Below, in pieces: positions 40,357 to 44,521 of a stretch of DNA of 44,521 nucleotides (position 1 is the first letter of the stretch; every line of letters begins with the position of its first letter). Made by a program: the position numbers and the translations under genes. The notes beneath the pieces were generated by a model. The model was given only the letters and a program-made list of their open reading frames with translations. It was not told where the DNA came from and did no database searches. Source of the stretch: a virus (Duplodnaviria > Heunggongvirae > Uroviricota > Caudoviricetes); the IMG/VR virus record IMGVR_UViG_2541047878_000001, positions 1 to 44,521 of that record; one strand, given 5' to 3'.

Positions 40357-40435
40357 AAAAACCGCAGGCACGTTGTATGCAAGAACGTGCTGTGGCTGGC
40401 TGGTGAACTTCCAATAGTGCGAATATTGAATGATG
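40357..40435. repeat. Repeat family copy b
   Basis: AAAACCGCAGGCACGTTGTATGCAAGAACGTGCTGTGGCTGG... shares its left core with copy a and about 65 bp (about 86 percent identity by hand) with copy c. Confidence 0.5.
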
Positions 40436-40592
40436 TCCAGCCGTTACCGTTTTTACGTGTTTATTAGTGAACAAACCACTCGTCAGCAGACTCCTAGGTA
40501 TGAACAAAAGTTTTAGCTGAAACTCTATCTGTGGTGCGCGTAACAGAAGTGTAATAAAAGGCCCTAGAAAAGGGCCTAAGATTAGCAAAGAT

Positions 40593-40735
40593 TATCCTCG
40601 ATACTTAGAGGCAGGAATTTTGATAGGAAAGGCTGCCAAGCCTTTTTGACGAGCAAAGATCCGTTTACCTTTGACCGTAATAAAAGGACGGTAAATTGTG
40701 ATGTATTCCTCAGATACAGCTTTTTCAATGGTCAT
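40593..40735 (-). CDS. Small ORF (47 aa), not in the supplied ORF track
   Basis: ATG..TAA ORF read by hand (MTIEKAVSEEYITIYRPFITVKGKRIFARQKGLAAFPIKIPASKYRG), followed on the minus strand by hairpin AGGCCCTTTTCTAGGGCCT plus T-run. Confidence 0.3.
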
Positions 40736-40761
40736 ATCGTGTTACCTGTAAAGTTTCGCTG

Positions 40762-40862
40762 TTGACAAAACCTAAGGTAAGCGTATACTCACAACCGCCA
40801 AGTTTTTCGTATTTGCTTACGATAGGAGAAGCCAGCGACAGCGGTTCGCTGGCTTTTTCGTT
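40762..40862 (+). ncRNA. Candidate small RNA: near-consensus sigma-70 promoter followed about 45 nt later by an intrinsic terminator
   Basis: TTGACA, 17-bp spacer, TATACT at 40762-40789, then hairpin GCCAGCGA-CAGCGGT-TCGCTGGC plus TTTTT at about 40833-40860. Confidence 0.3.
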
Positions 40863-41394
40863 ATCTTTTTGCATTTTTTCTCATCCAAGTTTCAGCCGCT
40901 TGTTGACTGACACCAAATGTTTTGCTTATATCTTCAACAGTCATTGTGGGCAAAACTAGTCTTGAGTCAATTAAGAAGTGGCTTGCAAAAACATCTGCTT
41001 GCCATTCGCTGTCTTCATAGATTTTATGCCCTCCACTAGTCTTATTACGTGCATAGATACTTTGATTGCGATGCATGACTAAATGACCAAGTTCATGCGC
41101 AACAGTGAATCTCGCATGGTTCTCACCATTGCACACTGCATCGTAAACAGATCGCTGTAAAACAATTTTGTTCTTATCTGGATAAGTCACTGCATAGCGT
41201 TTGGGCAGTTCATGATCTTCAACAATTTCTAGCTCAATGCTTTCTGAGGCCATAAGACCTTCTAGTAATACATCCAGTCTCAGATATGTGTGATTTGATA
41301 TCTGAAGAACGTCTCTCAGACGATGAGCGTATGATTTAATCATGCTGGTGCTGAGAGGTGAAACGCGATGGCCAAGTTCTCGTTTCGCAATCAT
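40861..41394 (-). CDS. ImmA/IrrE-family zinc metallopeptidase
   Basis: HEXXH motif (FTVAHELGHLVMH) in a 177-aa protein immediately downstream of, and coupled to, an XRE-family HTH gene. Confidence 0.7.
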   Translation of the reverse strand: MIAKRELGHRVSPLSTSMIKSYAHRLRDVLQISNHTYLRLDVLLEGLMASESIELEIVEDHELPKRYAVTYPDKNKIVLQRSVYDAVCNGENHARFTVAHELGHLVMHRNQSIYARNKTSGGHKIYEDSEWQADVFASHFLIDSRLVLPTMTVEDISKTFGVSQQAAETWMRKNAKR

Positions 41395-41397
41395 TAT

Positions 41398-41775
41398 TCA
41401 GTCCTTTAACATTTTATTAAGCTTATCGAGTTGCTCTGGACTCAGGTCCTTAAATTTACGAGCAAAAACAAGCATTAGTTCTTTGTTCTGCTCATTTGCA
41501 TCCGACATATCAACCTTAATGGACGGTTGAGAAATCTCTGCCTGTTTCTTGAGATTGATGATGTCTTGTCCGCTAAGCTCAAAAGTTGTTGCAATCGTAT
41601 TTACTAATGAGTCCGGTATAGCTCTTTTGCCTAATTCAATGGCGGATAAGTAAGCCGAACTAACGCCTAACAGATCAGCCATATTTTTGAGCACCATACC
41701 CCGGTCTATTCTCATTTTTCTGAGAGTCTTACCAAAGCTAGTTACCATGTTGCGCCTCCTACAATCCATGCTCAC
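41398..41775 (-). CDS. XRE-family HTH transcriptional regulator (ImmR-like)
   Basis: HTH (LRKMRIDRGMVLKNMADLLGVSSAYLSAIELGKR) at the N-terminus; upstream partner of the ImmA-like gene. Confidence 0.7.
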   Translation of the reverse strand: MSMDCRRRNMVTSFGKTLRKMRIDRGMVLKNMADLLGVSSAYLSAIELGKRAIPDSLVNTIATTFELSGQDIINLKKQAEISQPSIKVDMSDANEQNKELMLVFARKFKDLSPEQLDKLNKMLKD

Positions 41776-42081
41776 TTATACTAAAAACCAAACTCAAGAT
41801 CAACAAAAATTGTAGAATTTTTTAATCTCAGCGTGTGATGACAATCTACATAAAATCATGAAATGGTGCAAGGCGTAACTTAAAAAATACCATATGTAGT
41901 GTCAATTTTATGTGCTGTATGGATATATGGGGTTGGTAAACTTTTGCTCTTTTGTGCTCCTCAGCTATATGGTTGTTTGATTTTTGAACATCTTGTGGAA
42001 CATAAATTGGGTTTATGCTTTTCCCTTTCGGTGACAACATGTTTATAGGATGTATAATCCATAAAAAAAGGAGGGGATGGC

Positions 42082-42843
42082 GTGCAAAAGAATTTGTTAC
42101 AATTATGCTACGAAGGAGAGTGTGGAGAAAATTATATCCGTAGCATGAATGAAAAAGGGCAGATTTTTGTTTCACTTTCAGATGTGCTAAGAACGCTTTC
42201 TGCTGAGAACAGAAAACTGGATGGAAAGACTTCTCAAAGCTTGCTCACTGTAATAAGAGCGGTAATAAAAACTTTAGATCCAGATGAGTTTAGGAATGTT
42301 TCTCTTGTCGTGGATGGTGAAACTATCTCTGAGGTATTTCTTACTGAACCAGGTCTATATAGAGTACTTGCTCAGGATACTACTGCTGCGGGGAAAAAAT
42401 TCCAACGCTGGCTTTTTCATCAGGTCCTTCCGTCTATTCGTGAATTTGGTGTATATCCTCCGCCACCTAAGCAAGAACGTTCAGAACTGAGTGCTTTTGC
42501 TAACAGTCTGCAGCAGACGGTTCAAGCATTGGTAATGGAAATAGAAAAACGTGAAGAGTTAGAAAGTAGAGTAAACCAAGTTGAACTAAAAGTTAACTCG
42601 TTAGAAAGTTTAAGAGATTTGTCTCAGTTCAGAAGTGTTCCTCAACGATTGATGGAGTTAGGTTTGGATACCTATTCGGTTGAGGAGCTTTGGCAATGGT
42701 GTGAAAAATTGCGTAGTGAACGTGGAGCAGAAAGAATTAAGTGCCCCTCCGGATTGAATATAAATTCTTGCTATCCATTAGCTTTGGTTGATGAAGCTAT
42801 CGCTATATACCAGAAAGTAGTTGAGGCAAGAACACGTCAGTGA
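42082..42843 (+). CDS. Bro-N domain protein (antirepressor-like)
   Basis: Bro-N-like region (FLTEPGLYRVLAQDTTAAGKKFQRWLFHQVLPSIREFGVY) and coiled-coil C-terminus; divergent from the XRE/ImmA pair; GTG start after AGGAGG. Confidence 0.6.
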   Translation: MQKNLLQLCYEGECGENYIRSMNEKGQIFVSLSDVLRTLSAENRKLDGKTSQSLLTVIRAVIKTLDPDEFRNVSLVVDGETISEVFLTEPGLYRVLAQDTTAAGKKFQRWLFHQVLPSIREFGVYPPPPKQERSELSAFANSLQQTVQALVMEIEKREELESRVNQVELKVNSLESLRDLSQFRSVPQRLMELGLDTYSVEELWQWCEKLRSERGAERIKCPSGLNINSCYPLALVDEAIAIYQKVVEARTRQ

Positions 42844-42857
42844 GCTTGAGGGAAAAA

Positions 42858-42885
42858 AAAGCCCGCATAAGCGGGCTTTTTTATC
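42858..42885 (+). terminator. Rho-independent terminator
   Basis: A8-GCCCGC-ATAA-GCGGGC-T6 hairpin immediately after the Bro-N gene. Confidence 0.6.
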
Positions 42886-43007
42886 ACTCGGGAGCTGCGG
42901 CTCCTTTGCGTATCCTTTTTTGTCTCCTCACCGTCTGGTCGGTGTCCTGCTGAGACTGCTAACATCCTGTTTTTGTTGGTGTTGTCCTTACACCGTCCAA
43001 TCATGAT

Positions 43008-43040
43008 TGGTGGAGCTGGCGGGAGTTGAACCCGCTGACA
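43008..43040 (-). other. tmRNA (ssrA)-like 3'-terminal fragment (T-arm plus acceptor plus CCA), candidate att-site remnant
   Basis: Minus strand reads GTCAGCGGGTTCAACTCCCGCCAGCTCCACCA, matching the 3' end of enterobacterial tmRNA as I recall it; no tmRNA body or tRNA 5' half is present. Confidence 0.35.
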
Positions 43041-43105
43041 CGTCGTATGCAAGAACTTGCTGCGGCTGGATGGTGGACTTTCGATAGTGCGAGTATTGAA
43101 TGATT
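43031..43105. repeat. Repeat family copy c
   Basis: CGCTGACACGTCGTATGCAAGAACTTGCTGCGGCTGGATGGTGGACTTTCGATAGTGCGAGTATTGAATGATT, about 86 percent identical to copy b over 65 bp (hand alignment). Confidence 0.5.
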
Positions 43106-43474
43106 TCCATCTATTATAGATTTTACCGTATTTCGGCATGAATGAAACTGAATATCCTCCCACCGACCCTCCATGACTTTACACCACTGTCTCTGGGGCT
43201 GCTATGTGCCAAAAGCGGACATAACGACACGTTAGTTAGAAATCTCAAGACCAATTAGGTTGGATACTTACATGTATACTATTGCCTAACGATACTACCC
43301 TATCAACCTCATGGTTTATAGGCGGGGGTGAGAGCCAATCGAACGCTATCGTACGTTTTTATGCTGTCTACCCTAGACCCCAAGTAGACATGAATCTTAC
43401 CTGATTTCCATACGAGGGCGACGTTGATCATCCAGCTTTAGTGCGAGCACTGAACTTAACATTTACCAGCAATA

Positions 43475-44521
43475 GTGATATTTTCTACAAAGAAAAATAT
43501 ATGGAATAACGTCATCGCGGGTACAAAAATGACTATAAAAAAAACATATGTAACACCAACAGAAATAGTGAAATATTTTTATGACAAACCGGAAAACGAT
43601 AACGTAAAAGAGAGAAAAACAATTGAGAGCCTGACCCGTCTCAAACCTGAGTGGGAAAATACTCTCGATATGATGAAGTTAATACGCAATTGTGAAAAGC
43701 TAGCAACTGAAGGTATTTTAATGGAATTGTCTTCAGGACATACTCTTTTTGACCGTTGCTATTTCGCACCGAATTTCAATGAATCAGATGCGAAATATGG
43801 AAAGTATGATTTTATAGCTGATGGATTTGAGTCAATCATAGACCGCCTTAGTCCTTCCGTTTTACCTGTTGTTGTTGAAAAAAGTGATGGTTCACATGAT
43901 CTTGGTACTAGTTTTATTGTTGGGAATAACCACACGATATTTACAGCCAGACATGTTATTGAAGACATGAAGAGTATCAGGATACTTAGAGCTGGTGGTG
44001 AGGCTTTACCAATACATAAAATCTTTGTATCTAACGATGAACGTATTGATATCGCTTTAGTTTTCACAACCATTCCGAATGAAGATAATATTCAACCACT
44101 TAAGGTCTCAACCAAAGCCTCGGTACTGGATGAAATTTTATCAATAGGATTTCCACCCATTCCAGGATTTGATGCATTAAAGTTATATGACGTTTCGCAT
44201 ATAAATTCGTTTGTCCGACTGTCAAAGGGGCGAATTGTTGGTTCTGGTCACTCTTACTTAGATTCACAAGACTTTTTATTATTCAATGCTAGGGTTAAGG
44301 GGGGGAATAGCGGTGGCCCTATAATTAACAAATACGGCCTTGTTGTTGGTATGCTTGTACAAATACCAATATCATCTGAGGACAGTTCAAAGATTGATAA
44401 CCTTGGATATGGTATAGCTGTAACAGGAAAAAGCCTGCTGGATGCCATTACATTTACAGAAAATGGCCGCGAATTAACACTCACCGACCGAGGAAATGGA
44501 GAATATTCAACTCTAGCATAA
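43475..44521 (+). CDS. Trypsin-like serine protease with uncharacterised N-terminal domain (348 aa)
   Basis: Catalytic triad context FTARHV, IDIAL and GGNSGGPII in the C-terminal half; N-terminal roughly 140 aa unassigned; AT-rich; true start may be an internal ATG. Confidence 0.55.
   Translation: MIFSTKKNIWNNVIAGTKMTIKKTYVTPTEIVKYFYDKPENDNVKERKTIESLTRLKPEWENTLDMMKLIRNCEKLATEGILMELSSGHTLFDRCYFAPNFNESDAKYGKYDFIADGFESIIDRLSPSVLPVVVEKSDGSHDLGTSFIVGNNHTIFTARHVIEDMKSIRILRAGGEALPIHKIFVSNDERIDIALVFTTIPNEDNIQPLKVSTKASVLDEILSIGFPPIPGFDALKLYDVSHINSFVRLSKGRIVGSGHSYLDSQDFLLFNARVKGGNSGGPIINKYGLVVGMLVQIPISSEDSSKIDNLGYGIAVTGKSLLDAITFTENGRELTLTDRGNGEYSTLA

Noticed and set aside
40341-40370. tRNA-Ser-like anticodon arm (GGACCGGTCTCAAAAACCG) inside repeat copy b
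   Set aside because: Resembles a tRNA-Ser anticodon stem-loop but is not followed by a variable arm, T-arm or acceptor; probably coincidental or a decayed fragment.
40762-40959. Plus-strand 65-aa ORF
   Set aside because: Begins inside the predicted promoter and reads through an intrinsic terminator hairpin; low-complexity product; the region is better explained as a short RNA unit.
43008-43400. Complete tmRNA (ssrA) or tRNA gene on the minus strand
   Set aside because: Only the last roughly 30 nt (T-arm, acceptor 3' strand, CCA) match; the upstream sequence does not resemble the tmRNA body and no complementary acceptor 5' strand exists, so this is at most an att-core fragment.

Overview
Enterobacterial chromosomal window: proA (1-1254) and tRNA-Thr thrW (1369-1444), followed by a prophage integrated at thrW that fills the rest of the window. 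The prophage is a mosaic: lambdoid integrase/immunity/replication/Q/lysis modules, an HK97-like head (HNH, P27-family small terminase, large terminase, portal, protease, capsid) and a Mu/P2-like contractile tail (sheath, tube, frameshifted chaperone, tape measure, baseplate) ending in an invertible tail-fiber segment with a Gin/Pin/Hin-family invertase. Accessory cargo sits at recognisable moron positions: (i) an IS1 copy with target duplication plus a stand-alone ParA/MinD-like ATPase between the OL-like operators and cI, the position rexAB holds in lambda; (ii) a translationally coupled three-gene opposite-strand cassette of unknown function between Q and the lysis genes, my best candidate for an undescribed exclusion system; (iii) downstream of the invertase, a GIY-YIG nuclease-like gene, an XRE/ImmA + Bro-N module and a trypsin-like protease gene, separated by a three-copy repeat family, one copy of which abuts a tmRNA-like 3' end. 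A GC-rich structured non-coding block (about 4140-4440), two orphan DNA methyltransferases, a PerC-domain regulator, a LexA-DBD-only protein and iterons inside the replication gene are also noted. All calls rest on reading the sequence and remembered family motifs; no database search or computation was run, and hand-derived coordinates may be off by a base or two. No attR for thrW was found in the window.
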